NCBI GenBank assembly: GCA_964551985.1
Contig: CAZKFG010000001.1
Coordinates: 40,181-104,180, forward strand
From: an uncultured Acidaminococcales bacterium
Lineage (GTDB): Bacteria; Bacillota; Negativicutes; Acidaminococcales; JAISLQ01
DNA length: 64,000 nt
Reading direction: 5' to 3'
Shown here in pieces: positions 43,728 through 56,341 of the stretch. Each line of letters opens with the position of its first letter. Positions within the stretch are counted from its first letter, which is position 1. Both the position numbers and the translations under genes were made by a program. Below the pieces are notes generated by a model. That model worked only from the letters and a program-made list of their open reading frames with translations. It ran no database searches and was not told the origin of the DNA.

Positions 43728-46290
43728 ACTCAATAACTATCTTATCATCAACAATCTTTAAATAAATATTATCATTTGCTTTTACATCACCTTGAATAAT
43801 ATTTTTACTTAAAGCTGTCTCTATATTTTTAGTAATAAAGCGTTTTAGTGGTCTAGCACCATAAACAGAATCAAAACCGCTCTTTGCTAGAAATTTTAAC
43901 ACCTTGTCATCCCAATTTAAATTTATCTGCAGTTGGTTATGCAATCTAGTTGCTAAAGATTGTAAAATAATTTTAGCTATTTGTCCAACTTGGCTTGCAT
44001 CAAGTGGCGAAAAGACAATAATATCCTCTATACGGTTTAAAAATTCCGGTCTAAAAAAGCTACTTAAATTTGTCATAAGTTCTTCTTTATCAATATTACC
44101 ATGTCTTTTTAAAATCTCACTTGATCCTAGATTGCTTGTCATTATAATGACAGTATTTTTAAAATCAACAACTTTACCTTTGCTGTCTGTAAGACGACCA
44201 TCATCTAAAACTTGTAACAAAATGTTAAAAACATCAGCGTGCGCCTTTTCAATCTCATCTAAAAGCAATACGCAATAAGGTCTTCTTCTAACAGCCTCAG
44301 TTAGTTGTCCACCTTCATCATAACCAATATATCCCGGAGGTGCTCCTACTAGGCGTGAAACAGCATGTTTTTCCATGTATTCGCTCATATCTATTCTAAT
44401 CATCGCACGTTCATCATCAAACAATACTTGTGCTAATGCTTTGGCAAGCTCTGTTTTACCAACACCTGTAGGACCTAAAAATATAAACGAACCTATAGGA
44501 CGATTAGGGTCTTTAATTCCTGCACGCGAACGTAAAACAGCTTCGCTAACAGCAGCTACCGCCTGATCTTGACCTACTACTCGCTCGTGCAAAGTATCTT
44601 CAATGTGCAGAAGTTTTTCTTTTTCACCTTTTAGCATTTTTTGAACGGGAATACCGGTCCAACTGCTTACAACTTGAGCAATATCATTTTCATCAACTTC
44701 TTCTTTAAGTAAACTCTGCTCTTGATTATTACCTTCAAGCTCTGTTTCTTTTGCTAGCAATTGTTTTTGCAAACTTGGCAAAGTGCCATATTTCATCTCA
44801 GCAAGTTTATTAAGGTCATAGCCATAGCTGCGTTCTGCCGACTCTATTTGTGCTTTAATCTCTTCAATATTTTTCTTTAAATCTCTAATATCAACTATCT
44901 CTTGTTTTTCTTTTTGCCATTGCTCGCTTAGTTTGCTTGAAGTAGTTTTTAAATTATTGAGTTCATTTTTTATTTTATCTAATCTATCTTTAGATGCCGC
45001 ATCTTCTTCTTGCATTAGAGCGTGTTCTTCGATTTCCAGTTGCAAAATGCGTCTTTTTATTTCATCTAATTCTGTTGGCATAGAATCTATTTGGGTTCTA
45101 AGTCTAGCACCTGCCTCATCAACTAAATCTATCGCCTTGTCAGGCAAAAATCTATCAGCAATATAACGACTTGATAATACTGCTGCTGCAACTAAAGCTG
45201 TATCTTTAATTCTTATACCGTGATGCACTTCATATCGTTCTTTTAAGCCACGCAAAATAGAAATGGTATCTTCCACGCTAGGTTCAGCGACCATAACCGG
45301 TTGAAATCTTCGTTCTAGTGCAGAATCTTTTTCTATATGTTTTATATATTCATTAAGGGTCGTCGCACCTATGCAATGCACCTCTCCTCTTGCCAGCATA
45401 GGTTTTAAAATATTGCCAGCATCCATTGAGCCTTCTGCCGCACCCGCCCCAACAACGGTATGCAGTTCATCAATAAACATAATTATATCGCCTTGCGATT
45501 CAGTAATGATTTTTAATACTGATTTTAAGCGTTCCTCAAATTCACCTCTAAATTTTGCACCTGCAACTAAGGATGCCAAATCCAGTGCATAAAGAGTTTT
45601 ACCTTTTAACATTTCAGGTACATCACCATCGACAATACGCCTTGCCAATCCTTCGACAATAGCTGTTTTGCCAACTCCCGGCTCACCAATTAATACTGGA
45701 TTATTTTTTTTACGCCTTGATAAAATTTCAATAGTACGGCGTATTTGTTCATCACGCCCGATTACAGGGTCAAGATCACCTTGGCGTGCTTTTTGTGTCA
45801 AATCCTGACCATATTTTTCTAAGGTTTGTTTAGACTCTTGATCTTGACCTTTTTGTGATAAATATTCAGATATTGCTAGCTCTACTTTATTTTTAGTAAG
45901 TGAATACTTTTTAAACAAGGCAACAACATCGCTATCGCCATCTCGCACTAATGCTAATAGAATATGTCTAGGCTCAATAAAAGAGTCTTTTGCTTGTTGT
46001 CTTAACTGTTCCGCAACAAGCATAGTCCTTGAAAAAGCTGTATTCATACGTAATGAAGCCTCTTGTCCTTTGACTGAGGGGATACGTTTTAATAGTTCTA
46101 TTACATCATTAGAAAAATCATCTTTGTTTATTTTATTTTTAATTAAAAGGTAATTTAAAAAACCATCACCTTCTGTAAGTGCTACAAGCAGATGAACACT
46201 TGTAAGTTCCTGATTGTAATTTAAAACAGCACAATTTTGTGCAGATTCTAACAAACTATTGGTATTTTCACTAAATTTTTCTGGGTTCAT
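43726..46290 (-). CDS. clpB: ATP-dependent chaperone ClpB
   Basis: Two AAA+ modules ([18 protein letters not shown]) with a long coiled-coil middle domain. About 854 aa. Confidence 0.97.
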   Translation of the reverse strand: MNPEKFSENTNSLLESAQNCAVLNYNQELTSVHLLVALTEGDGFLNYLLIKNKINKDDFSNDVIELLKRIPSVKGQEASLRMNTAFSRTMLVAEQLRQQAKDSFIEPRHILLALVRDGDSDVVALFKKYSLTKNKVELAISEYLSQKGQDQESKQTLEKYGQDLTQKARQGDLDPVIGRDEQIRRTIEILSRRKKNNPVLIGEPGVGKTAIVEGLARRIVDGDVPEMLKGKTLYALDLASLVAGAKFRGEFEERLKSVLKIITESQGDIIMFIDELHTVVGAGAAEGSMDAGNILKPMLARGEVHCIGATTLNEYIKHIEKDSALERRFQPVMVAEPSVEDTISILRGLKERYEVHHGIRIKDTALVAAAVLSSRYIADRFLPDKAIDLVDEAGARLRTQIDSMPTELDEIKRRILQLEIEEHALMQEEDAASKDRLDKIKNELNNLKTTSSKLSEQWQKEKQEIVDIRDLKKNIEEIKAQIESAERSYGYDLNKLAEMKYGTLPSLQKQLLAKETELEGNNQEQSLLKEEVDENDIAQVVSSWTGIPVQKMLKGEKEKLLHIEDTLHERVVGQDQAVAAVSEAVLRSRAGIKDPNRPIGSFIFLGPTGVGKTELAKALAQVLFDDERAMIRIDMSEYMEKHAVSRLVGAPPGYIGYDEGGQLTEAVRRRPYCVLLLDEIEKAHADVFNILLQVLDDGRLTDSKGKVVDFKNTVIIMTSNLGSSEILKRHGNIDKEELMTNLSSFFRPEFLNRIEDIIVFSPLDASQVGQIAKIILQSLATRLHNQLQINLNWDDKVLKFLAKSGFDSVYGARPLKRFITKNIETALSKNIIQGDVKANDNIYLKIVDDKIVIE

Positions 46291-46389
46291 ATGCAAAACC
46301 TCCCTTTTTTATTTTAAAAGTAATTTTAAGCAGGTAATTTTAAAAAATCAACGAATACTCTATATAATAACTATTTTGGGGGAACGATT

Positions 46390-47448
46390 ATGAACAATAG
46401 TATAATAATATATAGATTATTCGATATAGCCGATGAAATAAACCTTGATAACGTGCAAGCTTTATGGGCTGCAAGAAATAAAATTGCCTCAAGACTGCGA
46501 CTAGAAAGAGTATCACCAAAAGCCATCGCATTTAAAGACCCACCCGTTTGTGTGGAGCTTGGCTCACATGAGCTATTTTTAGCAGGCAAAAAACATCTTA
46601 CTGAAATCAAAGCACGTATTTTCGATATAGGTGTAATAAGTATAATTCTTAAAATTGATCTGCCAGATACAACAACCTATGAACAGTTTCTAGATTTGGC
46701 AATAGCCAGCGAAAATATGCCCGAAGACAAAATCGCCGAATTTGTCGACTCTGTTATTGATACAATAAAACCAGCATTGATAAAGCCACGTAAACCTGAT
46801 TTTGAAGAAGATTTTGTTGTATATTACCTAAAAAAATGGCAAAACGACTGGGATATTGTACCACTGCTTTTAAAAGACAAAGCACCTATCAGCAAACAAA
46901 TGCGAGAAGAAACATTGAAAAATTGCCTTTGCTATGCCGATGACATAGCATATTTTTCGTGGGATTCTGCATTAGTGTATGACCAAACAGGTAGCATGGA
47001 CATACCAGATTTACTAGAGTTTGCCAATGCTCAATTTTTAGAGCTAAGATATTATGACGATTTACTTGAAAAAGAAATCGAGATAATATACGATGACCTT
47101 GAAAAAACCAACATGGTTTCAGACAAGCAAAAACTAGATAACTATCGCCGCATGAGAAATAGGCTTATTGAACTTATGGCAGACGTTGCTGAACTTACAA
47201 GCCGTATAAATAATTCTCTTAGAGTAACAGAAGACATATTTTATGCTAGAGTGTACTCTTTGTACTTCACGCTCTTGCGTGCTGATTCTTGGCGCAAAAA
47301 TATTGATGATAATTTATCTGCCGTGCAAAGAATATACACAATTTTAAACGAAGAAGTTCTCAACCGCCGTTTGAACTTTTATGCCCTTTGCATAATAGCT
47401 CTGCTTAGCTTTATCGGGTTAACTTCTTTAATAAATTTGTTTTACTAA
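46390..47448 (+). CDS. Hypothetical C-terminally membrane-anchored protein (possibly RMD1/YagE DUF155-like)
   Basis: 352 aa with a good RBS (GGGGGA) and a C-terminal TM helix, FYALCIIALLSFIGLTSLINLF. The family assignment is from memory only. Confidence 0.35.
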   Translation: MNNSIIIYRLFDIADEINLDNVQALWAARNKIASRLRLERVSPKAIAFKDPPVCVELGSHELFLAGKKHLTEIKARIFDIGVISIILKIDLPDTTTYEQFLDLAIASENMPEDKIAEFVDSVIDTIKPALIKPRKPDFEEDFVVYYLKKWQNDWDIVPLLLKDKAPISKQMREETLKNCLCYADDIAYFSWDSALVYDQTGSMDIPDLLEFANAQFLELRYYDDLLEKEIEIIYDDLEKTNMVSDKQKLDNYRRMRNRLIELMADVAELTSRINNSLRVTEDIFYARVYSLYFTLLRADSWRKNIDDNLSAVQRIYTILNEEVLNRRLNFYALCIIALLSFIGLTSLINLFY

Positions 47449-47528
47449 ATATTTGTCTTTTTATCTTTTTGACTTTTTGCTCTTTGATTTTATTATATTG
47501 CATACTTACATTTTATGCAAGTACTTTT

Positions 47529-47563
47529 TAAAAAAACCTCAAGTTTTCAACTTGAGGTTTTTT
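47529..47563. terminator. Bidirectional terminator between convergent genes
   Basis: AAAAAAACCTCAAGTT-ttc-AACTTGAGGTTTTTT. Confidence 0.8.
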
Positions 47564-49040
47564 CGCTTTGTAATAGTATTTTGTTTTTTATCTCTTGCAC
47601 CAAGCGAATAGTTTTAGCAAGTTTTTCTTCTTTTCTCCGTCCAAATTGCAAATACCAACCTAAAAGAATACCTGCATCGCGATAAATCAATCGCCCTGAT
47701 GATGCTTTAAACAGGGAAAATATTTGTTTGCTTATATTTTGATCTCTTTGCTTAGTTTCCATTAAATGGAGCAAATTGCTAAGTTTTTTAAAAAATTTAC
47801 TAAATTCTTTGGGCAAAGATTGTTTTGTTAAAGTTATCATACATTCTAATGCCACTATATCTTTCGTATATGTGGAAAAATCAATCTTCCTTATCTCTTC
47901 GATTATGTAATCTTTCACCGTAGTTTCTACAATGTTTTGCCAAGGATTATGATTTAGCCAAGCCCACAGCGCAAAAAAGTTTCTCGAATAAATGCCTTTA
48001 TTAAGATTATCTTGTAGTTTTTCCAATTGTATTTGTTGTTGCTTTTTAATAATTTCTGTAAAAACATTGGTTATCTTAAAGTCTAGTTGCTTACATTGTA
48101 TTTTTTGCCAATTGTTATCAAGCTCAAACAACATTTTGTGGACAAATAAGTCTTTTAGCAGTACATCCAAAACTTTTAGATGAATGTCAAGTTCTGCTTG
48201 CAACAGAGGTTTTGCAAAAACAAGCATGTTTTGCAATAACTGTATCCGACTTAATAGTTCTTCGCTTTCTTTTTTATGACAATTACTATCTAAAAAGTCC
48301 TTCAAGCACGCTAAACAATGACCTGCTTGCAAAACAATCGCATCCAAAAGTTCTTGTTTAAACGGCTGCTCTACTCCAATACTTTCAATTTGCAAACTTC
48401 TTGGCTTAGTAATTTCTTCACCAGATAGTTCACAGCCTTGAAAATATTTACTTTTAGCTTGAGAATAAATAGGAACTATACTAGATAATTGCGCTATAAA
48501 ATCAATAAGGTCTTGTAAATTACCTTTTTTAAGTTCAAATTCCAGTTCTGCTATTGGCAAGGTTTTATCACCAGCAATAATTTTGCCAATATCGACCGCC
48601 ATTTCAACAACCGTCTCTTCTGTTAAAGCTAAATCACAAAGCCTTCTTTGCACATCAACACAAAAAAGTTCTTCAACTGTACCTTCTTTTTCCACAATAG
48701 CTTTTATATCAACAATAAAATCTATCTTACTAAAACCTTCAAAATCTGGCGTTTCGGTTGTTAAATCAACATTATATTCCATTCGTTCTGACAATCCGCC
48801 ACTATTTTTATGCTCTGTCTTTATTGTCGCAACATAACCGCTAGGCTCTTTGCGTACCCTAAATACCATACCGAGTTTTGCAAATTTGCGTTTTGGAGTA
48901 TCGTAATAACGGCTTTGCAAATTTTGCACTTTTTGTGTTCCTAAAACTATATATTTATTGATAAATTCAAGTTCTAAAATGCCTTCTAAAATATACTGAG
49001 ATATGGCAACAAGTTTTATTTCCTTCTCTACATTAGTCAT
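47547..49040 (-). CDS. CYTH-domain (triphosphate tunnel metalloenzyme) plus CHAD-domain protein
   Basis: N-terminal ExExK (VEKEIKL) followed by a helical C-terminal half. The ATG at 49040 follows GAGGTG. Confidence 0.65.
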   Translation of the reverse strand: MTNVEKEIKLVAISQYILEGILELEFINKYIVLGTQKVQNLQSRYYDTPKRKFAKLGMVFRVRKEPSGYVATIKTEHKNSGGLSERMEYNVDLTTETPDFEGFSKIDFIVDIKAIVEKEGTVEELFCVDVQRRLCDLALTEETVVEMAVDIGKIIAGDKTLPIAELEFELKKGNLQDLIDFIAQLSSIVPIYSQAKSKYFQGCELSGEEITKPRSLQIESIGVEQPFKQELLDAIVLQAGHCLACLKDFLDSNCHKKESEELLSRIQLLQNMLVFAKPLLQAELDIHLKVLDVLLKDLFVHKMLFELDNNWQKIQCKQLDFKITNVFTEIIKKQQQIQLEKLQDNLNKGIYSRNFFALWAWLNHNPWQNIVETTVKDYIIEEIRKIDFSTYTKDIVALECMITLTKQSLPKEFSKFFKKLSNLLHLMETKQRDQNISKQIFSLFKASSGRLIYRDAGILLGWYLQFGRRKEEKLAKTIRLVQEIKNKILLQSEKTSS

Positions 49041-49048
49041 ATAACACC

Positions 49049-49294
49049 TCAACCGCGAATATCTGTGTATATTATCTGTGCTTTATCTAAGTCATACTCT
49101 TTGCACTCTAAAAGCTTTAAATCTTCAACCCGCCAACCTGAATTTTGCTCGGCTAAAATTTTTAGTGCCTCATCTATACTATTTGCCGCTACAATTGCTA
49201 CAACATCAGTATAAAAATCTTGGTGAACACAAGGCTCGTTAATCATGCTATAGCTATGAAATTTTCTGTTATGCCGCCAAACATATACTTTCAT
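49049..49294 (-). CDS. Hypothetical small protein (81 aa)
   Basis: An ORF with no recognisable motif, immediately upstream of the CYTH-CHAD gene on the same strand. Confidence 0.4.
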   Translation of the reverse strand: MKVYVWRHNRKFHSYSMINEPCVHQDFYTDVVAIVAANSIDEALKILAEQNSGWRVEDLKLLECKEYDLDKAQIIYTDIRG

Positions 49295-49327
49295 TTTAGC
49301 ACCACCTTCATTTGATAATTATACCAT

Positions 49328-49365
49328 AAAAAATACCCTATTCTCAAGAATAGGGTATTTTTTTA
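49328..49365 (-). terminator. lysS terminator
   Basis: AAATACCCTATTC-tcaa-GAATAGGGTATTT followed by a T run. Confidence 0.8.
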
Positions 49366-50877
49366 TAATCTACGCATTTGTGGGAACAATAAAACGTCTC
49401 TTATAGAAGTGCTGTTTGTCAAGAACATAACAAGCCTATCTAGTCCAATACCAAGACCACCTGTAGGTGGCATGCCATATTCTAAAGCATGAATATAATC
49501 TTCGTCCATCATATGTGCTTCATCGTCACCTGCAGTTCGATCTTGCACTTGTTTGACAAAACGCTCTTTTTGATCTATTGGATCATTTAGTTCTGAAAAA
49601 CCATTACACAATTCACGGCCAAAAACAAAAGTTTCAAATCTATCTGTTATCTCTACATTTTGCTCACTACTTTTAGCAAGTGGTGATATTTCTTTTGGGT
49701 GGCCTGTGATAAATGTCGGTTGAATTAGCTTTTCTTCAACATATTTTTCAAAGACTGCGTTTAAAATCTTGCCAATACCAAAAGATTTTTCTATCTCTAC
49801 ATGTAATTTATCAGCTATGCCTCTTGCAACATCTAAATCATCAATACCGGTAAAATCAACTCCCGTATGTTCTTTGACAGCATCAATCATGCTAATGCAG
49901 TTCCAAGGCGGGGTGAAATCTATTTGTTTATCTTGGTATACCACAATAGGTGTACCTAAAACGTCCATAACAACATTATAAATAAGTTCTTGAGTCAAAT
50001 TCATAACATCTTTGTAATCAGCATAAGCTTGATAAACTTCTAGCAGTGTAAATTCAGGGTTGTGGCGAATTGATAAGCCTTCATTTCTAAAAACTCGTCC
50101 TACTTCATAAACACGCTCTAATCCACCTACAATCAGGCGTTTCAAGTACAACTCTGGAGCAATACGCATAAATAGCTGCATATCAAGCGCATTATGATGA
50201 GTAACAAACGGTTTTGCCGCAGCGCCACCAGCGATAGAGTGCATCATTGGTGTTTCTACTTCCAAGAAATCTTTAGTATCCAAAAAATTTCTTACACTGC
50301 GAATAATCTTACTACGCATGACAAAAGTTTGTCTTACATCAGAATTTACTATCAAATCAACATATCTTTGGCGGTATCTCAAATCAACATCTTTTAAACC
50401 ATGCCATTTTTCCGGCAGCGGTCTTAAAGACTTAGATAAAAACTGCATATCATTTGCTTTTACGCTAACTTCGCCTGTGTGTGTACGAAATACAGTACCA
50501 CTAACACCGATAATATCACCTATATCAATAAGTTTTAAAAGTCCATAAACATCTTCACCTAAAATATCTTTACGTAAATAACATTGAATGTTACCTGTTT
50601 TGTCCATCAGATTTAAAAAAGCTGTTTTACCGTGACCACGAACAGCCATAATACGACCAGCAACAGTCACTGTATCTGTTTCACTAAAATTATCAAAATT
50701 ATTTATAACATCTGCAGCGCTGTGTGTAGCCTGAAAACGTCGACCAAAAGGATCAATGCCTTTGTCCTTTAAATCTTGCAGCTTTTGCAAACGAACTAGC
50801 ACTTGTTCATTTAACTTTTGTTCATCTAAAATATGATCTTGTTGTTCTTGATTAATTTGTTTTTCATCAGACATCAA
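49363..50877 (-). CDS. lysS: Lysine--tRNA ligase (class II)
   Basis: RYRQRYVDLI, FLEVETPMM and GGLGIGLDRLVM motifs. Confidence 0.97.
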   Translation of the reverse strand: MMSDEKQINQEQQDHILDEQKLNEQVLVRLQKLQDLKDKGIDPFGRRFQATHSAADVINNFDNFSETDTVTVAGRIMAVRGHGKTAFLNLMDKTGNIQCYLRKDILGEDVYGLLKLIDIGDIIGVSGTVFRTHTGEVSVKANDMQFLSKSLRPLPEKWHGLKDVDLRYRQRYVDLIVNSDVRQTFVMRSKIIRSVRNFLDTKDFLEVETPMMHSIAGGAAAKPFVTHHNALDMQLFMRIAPELYLKRLIVGGLERVYEVGRVFRNEGLSIRHNPEFTLLEVYQAYADYKDVMNLTQELIYNVVMDVLGTPIVVYQDKQIDFTPPWNCISMIDAVKEHTGVDFTGIDDLDVARGIADKLHVEIEKSFGIGKILNAVFEKYVEEKLIQPTFITGHPKEISPLAKSSEQNVEITDRFETFVFGRELCNGFSELNDPIDQKERFVKQVQDRTAGDDEAHMMDEDYIHALEYGMPPTGGLGIGLDRLVMFLTNSTSIRDVLLFPQMRRL

Positions 50878-50879
50878 TC

Positions 50880-51368
50880 TTACCTCTTACTGCGACCTTT
50901 AATAGACACAATTTTATATTTAATAACCCCATCTGGAACGCTAACTTCCACAGTATCACCCGATTTTTTGCCCATAATAGCAACACCCACTGGTGATTCA
51001 TTAGAAATTTTATGTTCCAGTGGATCTGCTTCAGCAGAACCGACAATTGTATATTCAACAGTTTCTTTTAATGCAACGTCTTTGAGATTTACTGTCGTAC
51101 CAAGCATTACAAGATCATTGTTACGACCATCATTTTCTATAACTTTTGCCGTACGAACCATTTTTTCTAAAGTTATAATTTCACCTTCAATAAAAGCCTG
51201 CTCGTTCTTGGCATCTTCATATTCTGAGTTTTCACTAATATCACCAAAACTAATCGCTTGTTTAATGCGTTCGGCAACTTCTAACCTTCGCACAGATTTT
51301 AAGAGTTCTAATTTTTCTTCTAGTTTTTTTAACCCTTCGGCAGTTAAAATGGTTTCTTTTTCTGTCAT
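50880..51368 (-). CDS. greA: Transcription elongation factor GreA
   Basis: [17 protein letters not shown]...[13 protein letters not shown]. The ATG at 51368 follows GGAGAGG. Confidence 0.95.
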   Translation of the reverse strand: MTEKETILTAEGLKKLEEKLELLKSVRRLEVAERIKQAISFGDISENSEYEDAKNEQAFIEGEIITLEKMVRTAKVIENDGRNNDLVMLGTTVNLKDVALKETVEYTIVGSAEADPLEHKISNESPVGVAIMGKKSGDTVEVSVPDGVIKYKIVSIKGRSKR

Positions 51369-51445
51369 AATATATCCTCTCCACAACAAGCTTTATTTTT
51401 TAGTAAGTAGCTATCTTATCATTATAGATTTAGCAACCTTTATTG

Positions 51446-52423
51446 TCAACTTATACTACTTTTTATTTTCAGCAAATATTCATCAAGCAAAGTTAAAAAC
51501 TCTTTTTCAGTGCAACAATTGTTAAATAGATTTCTATATTCAGTTGCATAGAAAAGTCCTTTAATATAAGTTGCAACATGCCGCCTCATTTGCTTTATTG
51601 CAATACATTCACCCTTGCACTCAATTAAAAGTTGTAAATGTCTTTTTATCAAAGCAAATTTTTCTTCAATACTAGGTTCAGGCAGAATTTCACCAGTCTT
51701 TAAATATCTTCTTGTTTGCTCAAACAACCACGGATTACCTTCAGCTGCTCTACCAATCATCACTGCTTGACAACCTGTTTTTTGCATCATAGACAAAGCA
51801 TCTTGAGGTGTTTTTACGTCTCCGTTACCAATTACAGGAATATCAACAGCGCTTACAACATCTTTAATTATCTGCCAATCAGCAAATCCTGAATAAAACT
51901 GCTCTCTTGTTCTTGCATGTATAGCTACAGCGCTTGCACCAGCTTTTTGCGCTAAAAGAGCAACCTCTGGTGCATTTATGCTTTTTTCGTCCCAGCCTGA
52001 GCGTATTTTTATTGTAACAGGTATTTTTACAGCATCAACTGTATATGCTACTATCTCATAAACTAATTTTGGCTCTTTTAAAAGTGCCGACCCTTCGTTG
52101 TTCTTTACAACCTTTGGCACAGGACAACCCATGTTTATATCTATAATATCTGGCTGCAATTGAGCTACTTTTACTGCGGCTCGTGCTATTTCCTTGGGAT
52201 CTGAACCAAACAACTGAATTGCAAAGGGTCTTTCGGCATCTACAAAATCCATCAATTCAAAAGTTTTTTGATTTTTGTACAAAAGCCCTTTTGAGCTAAT
52301 CATCTCTGAAACCAAAAGTCCGCAACCAAAATCTTTAACAATTTGTCTAAATGGTGCATCAGTAACACCTGCCATCGGCGCTAAAACCAAAGGCACGTCT
52401 ATGTTTACATTTCCTATTTGCAT
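51446..52423 (-). CDS. dusB: tRNA-dihydrouridine synthase
   Basis: LAPMAGVTDAPFR and DINMGCP motifs. Confidence 0.93.
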   Translation of the reverse strand: MQIGNVNIDVPLVLAPMAGVTDAPFRQIVKDFGCGLLVSEMISSKGLLYKNQKTFELMDFVDAERPFAIQLFGSDPKEIARAAVKVAQLQPDIIDINMGCPVPKVVKNNEGSALLKEPKLVYEIVAYTVDAVKIPVTIKIRSGWDEKSINAPEVALLAQKAGASAVAIHARTREQFYSGFADWQIIKDVVSAVDIPVIGNGDVKTPQDALSMMQKTGCQAVMIGRAAEGNPWLFEQTRRYLKTGEILPEPSIEEKFALIKRHLQLLIECKGECIAIKQMRRHVATYIKGLFYATEYRNLFNNCCTEKEFLTLLDEYLLKIKSSIS

Positions 52424-52425
52424 AA

Positions 52426-53196
52426 TTAAATATTACGGCTATAAATTATTCTTAGCCCATCTAAAGTTAAAAAAGGCTCAACGCAATCAATTGACGCTGT
52501 TTCTGAGGCCATTAACGATGCCATACCACCTGTCGCAATAACATAAGCATTTGCTCCAAGCTCGTGCTTCATCCTATTGACAATCCCTTCAATCAAGCCA
52601 ACATAACCATAGATAATGCCAGATTGCATACTTTTTACAGTATTTCGACAAATAACTGTTTTAGGTTTTTTCAGCTCTATTCTCGGCAATTTCGCTGCCC
52701 GTTGAAACATTGCCTCTGTGGATATTCCAATACCTGGCGAAATCGCACCACCTAGATATTCTGCTTTTTCATTGATAACGCAGAAAGTTAAAGCTGTACC
52801 TATATCAATAATAATAAGTGGTCCTTTTTCTTGATATTTTTCATAAGCTGCAACAGCATTTACAATTCTATCTGCACCAACTTCACGTGGATTTTCATAT
52901 TTAATGAAAATACCTGTCTTAACGCCTGGTCCTATAACCAAAGGCTGTACTCCAAAATAGCGTTTGCACATACGAGCAAGCGGTACAGTAAGAGGTGGCA
53001 CAACAGTTGAAATTGCTACTGCTTCTATCTTATCCATAGCTATATTACTATAAGAGAACATATTGCCAATTAAAATACCATATTCGTCTGCTGTTCTATT
53101 GCGATCACTAGACAATCGCCAATGCACAAGTAATTTATCTTTATCATACACACCCGCAACAATATTAGTGTTGCCAACATCTAAAACCAATAGCAT
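52426..53196 (-). CDS. coaX: Type III pantothenate kinase
   Basis: [11 protein letters not shown] and GADRIVN. The ATG at 53196 follows GGGGGA. Confidence 0.92.
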   Translation of the reverse strand: MLLVLDVGNTNIVAGVYDKDKLLVHWRLSSDRNRTADEYGILIGNMFSYSNIAMDKIEAVAISTVVPPLTVPLARMCKRYFGVQPLVIGPGVKTGIFIKYENPREVGADRIVNAVAAYEKYQEKGPLIIIDIGTALTFCVINEKAEYLGGAISPGIGISTEAMFQRAAKLPRIELKKPKTVICRNTVKSMQSGIIYGYVGLIEGIVNRMKHELGANAYVIATGGMASLMASETASIDCVEPFLTLDGLRIIYSRNI

Positions 53197-53225
53197 AAAA
53201 GCCGTCCCCCTAAAATATTGCAAAA

Positions 53226-54245
53226 TTAAATATAACTTTTCCCGTCTTGAGCCCGAATAGAAACATCACCTGCTAAAACCGTACATCTACTTTTGTCTTC
53301 TTTTTGTACAATTAAAGCTCCGTTATCATCTATATCAACAGCTAAAGCTTGAAAACTCTCACCTGGCGCTATAACTTTAACATTTTTACCTATTGTTATG
53401 CAATAGTCTCTCCATTGTTTTAAAACAAAATCAAAACCTTCTGCAATAACCTTATCATATAAAAATTCAAATTCTTTTAATATATCACACAAAAGTTTTG
53501 ATCTATCTATTGGCTCATCAGTAAAATCGCTCAAAGAAGCTGCCTTATCTTTTATATCATCAGGTAATATTGATTTTTTTATATTAACATTTATCCCAAT
53601 ACCAATAACAATATAATTTATACCTTCCATCGCGGCATTCATCTCTGTCAAAATACCAACAATTTTTTTACCTTTGTAAATTATATCATTTGGCCATTTT
53701 ATACCTACTTTAAGCTCAAGCTGCTGCTCAAACACCCTTGCTAAAGCCAGTGCCACAAGAAGTGTAAACTTTGGTGCTTCTTGTGGTAAAAGTGGTGGTC
53801 TTAAAACAACAGAAAACCAAATACCTTGCGCTGTAGGAGAAAACCAACCTCTAGATAGCCTACCCTTACCAGCAAGCTGCTGTTCAGAGACGATTATAGT
53901 ACCATGTTTGCAACCATCAAAAGCTTTTTGCTTAGCAATAGTATTTGTCGATTGTACATCTTTTTGATAAACTATCTCTTGACCAAGCCATTTAGTTTGC
54001 AAGTTTGCTCTTATTTCTGCAGGTAATAACAAATCTGGTATGCTATTTAATATATAGCCTTTTTTATAGACAGCCTCAATATCATACCCAGACTGCTTAA
54101 GTTGCTGAATATGTTTCCAAACAGCGGTCCTAGAAATTGACATTTGTCTGGAAATCTCTTGCCCCGAGATATGTTTATTTATGTTCTTTCTCAATAAGTC
54201 AATTATTTTCTCACGCACTTTTTCACCTTCTAAAAAACAATTCAT
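53226..54245 (-). CDS. birA: Bifunctional biotin-[acetyl-CoA-carboxylase] ligase / biotin operon repressor
   Basis: N-terminal w[41 protein letters not shown], and KWPNDI. Confidence 0.93.
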   Translation of the reverse strand: MNCFLEGEKVREKIIDLLRKNINKHISGQEISRQMSISRTAVWKHIQQLKQSGYDIEAVYKKGYILNSIPDLLLPAEIRANLQTKWLGQEIVYQKDVQSTNTIAKQKAFDGCKHGTIIVSEQQLAGKGRLSRGWFSPTAQGIWFSVVLRPPLLPQEAPKFTLLVALALARVFEQQLELKVGIKWPNDIIYKGKKIVGILTEMNAAMEGINYIVIGIGINVNIKKSILPDDIKDKAASLSDFTDEPIDRSKLLCDILKEFEFLYDKVIAEGFDFVLKQWRDYCITIGKNVKVIAPGESFQALAVDIDDNGALIVQKEDKSRCTVLAGDVSIRAQDGKSYI

Positions 54246-54314
54246 TATTAGATTATCAATTGGTTAACCTATTGTCAATAAAAAAAACAAGTAGCAATTG
54301 CTACTTGTTTAAAA

Positions 54315-56237
54315 TTAATAAACTGTTCTAGATTTAGCATCATCTACTAAAGGTGATTCTGCCTGTACAGGTTCAACTTTAGGCTCACAAACGCTCACTT
54401 TTACTTCTTCTGGAGTTTGTTCAGGTGTAGCATCTTCATTATCACAAAGTCTACCTTTTTCCATTAAACAAGCTATATCCTGAGCTTCCAAAGTTTCTTT
54501 TTGCAATAAAGCTTCAGCGATTAGGTGAAGTTTATCAACATTTTCCTTAAGTGCACTTTCTGTAAGTGCATATGCTTCTTCAATAAACGCTCTGACTTCA
54601 TTATCAATAGCAAAAGCCACTTCTTCACTATAGTCTTTATCACGCCCAATATCACGACCTAAAAACACTTGATCTTGACGACGTCCAAAGGTTATAGGAC
54701 CTAGTTTTTCACTCATGCCATATTCGCAAATCATTTTTCTTGCTAGCGCTGTTGCACGCTCTAAATCATTTTGAGCACCTGTTGATATTTCATCTAAAAT
54801 GATCGCCTCAGCAACACGTCCACCAAGTAAGGTTTTCAATTGATCTAAAAGTTCTGATCTTGTAGCATAATATCTATCTTCTTTAGGTAACATAAGCGTA
54901 TACCCGCCAGCGCGTCCTCGAGGGATTATAGATACTTTATGCACAGGATCGGTGTTTTTAAGCAGCAGTCCAATAAGCGCGTGTCCTGCTTCATGATAAG
55001 CAGTAAGTTTTTTCTCATTATCACTTATAACACGACTTTTTCTCTCTGGTCCTGCAATAACACGTTCAATAGATTCTTCTAGCGCATCCATATTAATAGT
55101 CTTTTTATTACGACGAGCAGATAACAATGCTGCCTCATTAACAAGATTGCTTAAATCTGCACCAGTAAAACCTGGAGTTCTTCTGGCAAGTACATTTAAA
55201 TCGGCATTTTTATCTACCGGTTTACCTTTAACATGCACTTTTAAAATTTCAAAGCGCCCCTTGACATCTGGTTTATCAACAACAATTTGACGATCGAAAC
55301 GACCTGGTCTCAATAACGCAGGATCTAAAATATCTGGTCTATTTGTAGCAGCAATAATGATAATTCCTTCATTGACACCAAAACCATCCATCTCTACAAG
55401 CAATTGGTTTAAAGTTTGTTCACGTTCATCGTGTCCGCCACCAAGACCTGCACCCCTTTGACGACCAACTGCGTCTATTTCATCTATAAACACTATACAA
55501 GGTGCGTTCTTCTTAGCTTGATCAAACAAATCACGTACACGCGATGCACCAACACCAACAAACATTTCCACAAAATCCGAGCCACTTATGCTAAAAAATG
55601 GTACGCCAGCTTCACCAGCAACAGCCTTTGCAAGCAAAGTTTTACCTGTTCCAGGTGGTCCAAATAACAAGACCCCTTTAGGAATTCTGGCACCGAGTTC
55701 ATTAAATTTTTTAGGAAATTTTAAAAACTCAACAACTTCTTCAAGTTCTTGCTTAGATTCATCAGCTCCGGCAACATCGGCAAAAGAAATCTTTACCTTA
55801 TCATCACCGTACATTTTAGCTTTGCTTTTACCAAAACTCATAACCTTGCTACCACTGCCTTGAGTTTGTTGCATTATAAAAAACCATACACCAATAAGCA
55901 GTAACATTGGTAAAAGAGACGAAAACAATGTCGTCCACCAAGGTGGTTGTGGCGGCAATTCTGCCTTTATTTCAACATTACGATCTGTTAATTTTTCAAT
56001 TAATTTAGGATCGTTTGGTGAAATAGTTGTAAACTCTTTACCTGCTTTGTCTTTACCTTTGATAGTGTTTTCAACAATTGTAACTTGGGCAATTTGACCT
56101 TGTTCTACCTGTCTTGCAAAACTTGTGTAAGACATTTCATTTTTATTAACATTATGCGATGAATAAAAATCAATTATATAAATCGCAATCATAATTATTA
56201 ATAAATAAAAAGTAACATTTTTAAAAAATTTATTCAA
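54315..56237 (-). CDS. ftsH: ATP-dependent zinc metalloprotease FtsH
   Basis: [18 protein letters not shown] and HEAGHA. TTG at 56237 follows GGAAGGAGGA and gives [14 protein letters not shown], the typical FtsH N-terminus. The track start is 56258. Confidence 0.97.
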   Translation of the reverse strand: MNKFFKNVTFYLLIIMIAIYIIDFYSSHNVNKNEMSYTSFARQVEQGQIAQVTIVENTIKGKDKAGKEFTTISPNDPKLIEKLTDRNVEIKAELPPQPPWWTTLFSSLLPMLLLIGVWFFIMQQTQGSGSKVMSFGKSKAKMYGDDKVKISFADVAGADESKQELEEVVEFLKFPKKFNELGARIPKGVLLFGPPGTGKTLLAKAVAGEAGVPFFSISGSDFVEMFVGVGASRVRDLFDQAKKNAPCIVFIDEIDAVGRQRGAGLGGGHDEREQTLNQLLVEMDGFGVNEGIIIIAATNRPDILDPALLRPGRFDRQIVVDKPDVKGRFEILKVHVKGKPVDKNADLNVLARRTPGFTGADLSNLVNEAALLSARRNKKTINMDALEESIERVIAGPERKSRVISDNEKKLTAYHEAGHALIGLLLKNTDPVHKVSIIPRGRAGGYTLMLPKEDRYYATRSELLDQLKTLLGGRVAEAIILDEISTGAQNDLERATALARKMICEYGMSEKLGPITFGRRQDQVFLGRDIGRDKDYSEEVAFAIDNEVRAFIEEAYALTESALKENVDKLHLIAEALLQKETLEAQDIACLMEKGRLCDNEDATPEQTPEEVKVSVCEPKVEPVQAESPLVDDAKSRTVY

Positions 56238-56341
56238 AAAAAGTAGTCCTCCTTCCACTCTACTTCAAAATTAGCGAAAAATTATCACGCCATTATATAA
56301 TACTACATACTAAGATTTTGAGCAAGCAATAATTATTCATT

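Noticed and set aside
50833-51525. 230-aa + strand ORF spanning the lysS-greA-dusB junction.
   Set aside because: It is antisense to three well-supported genes, has low-complexity composition and has no RBS. It is an artefact of AT-rich DNA with few stops.
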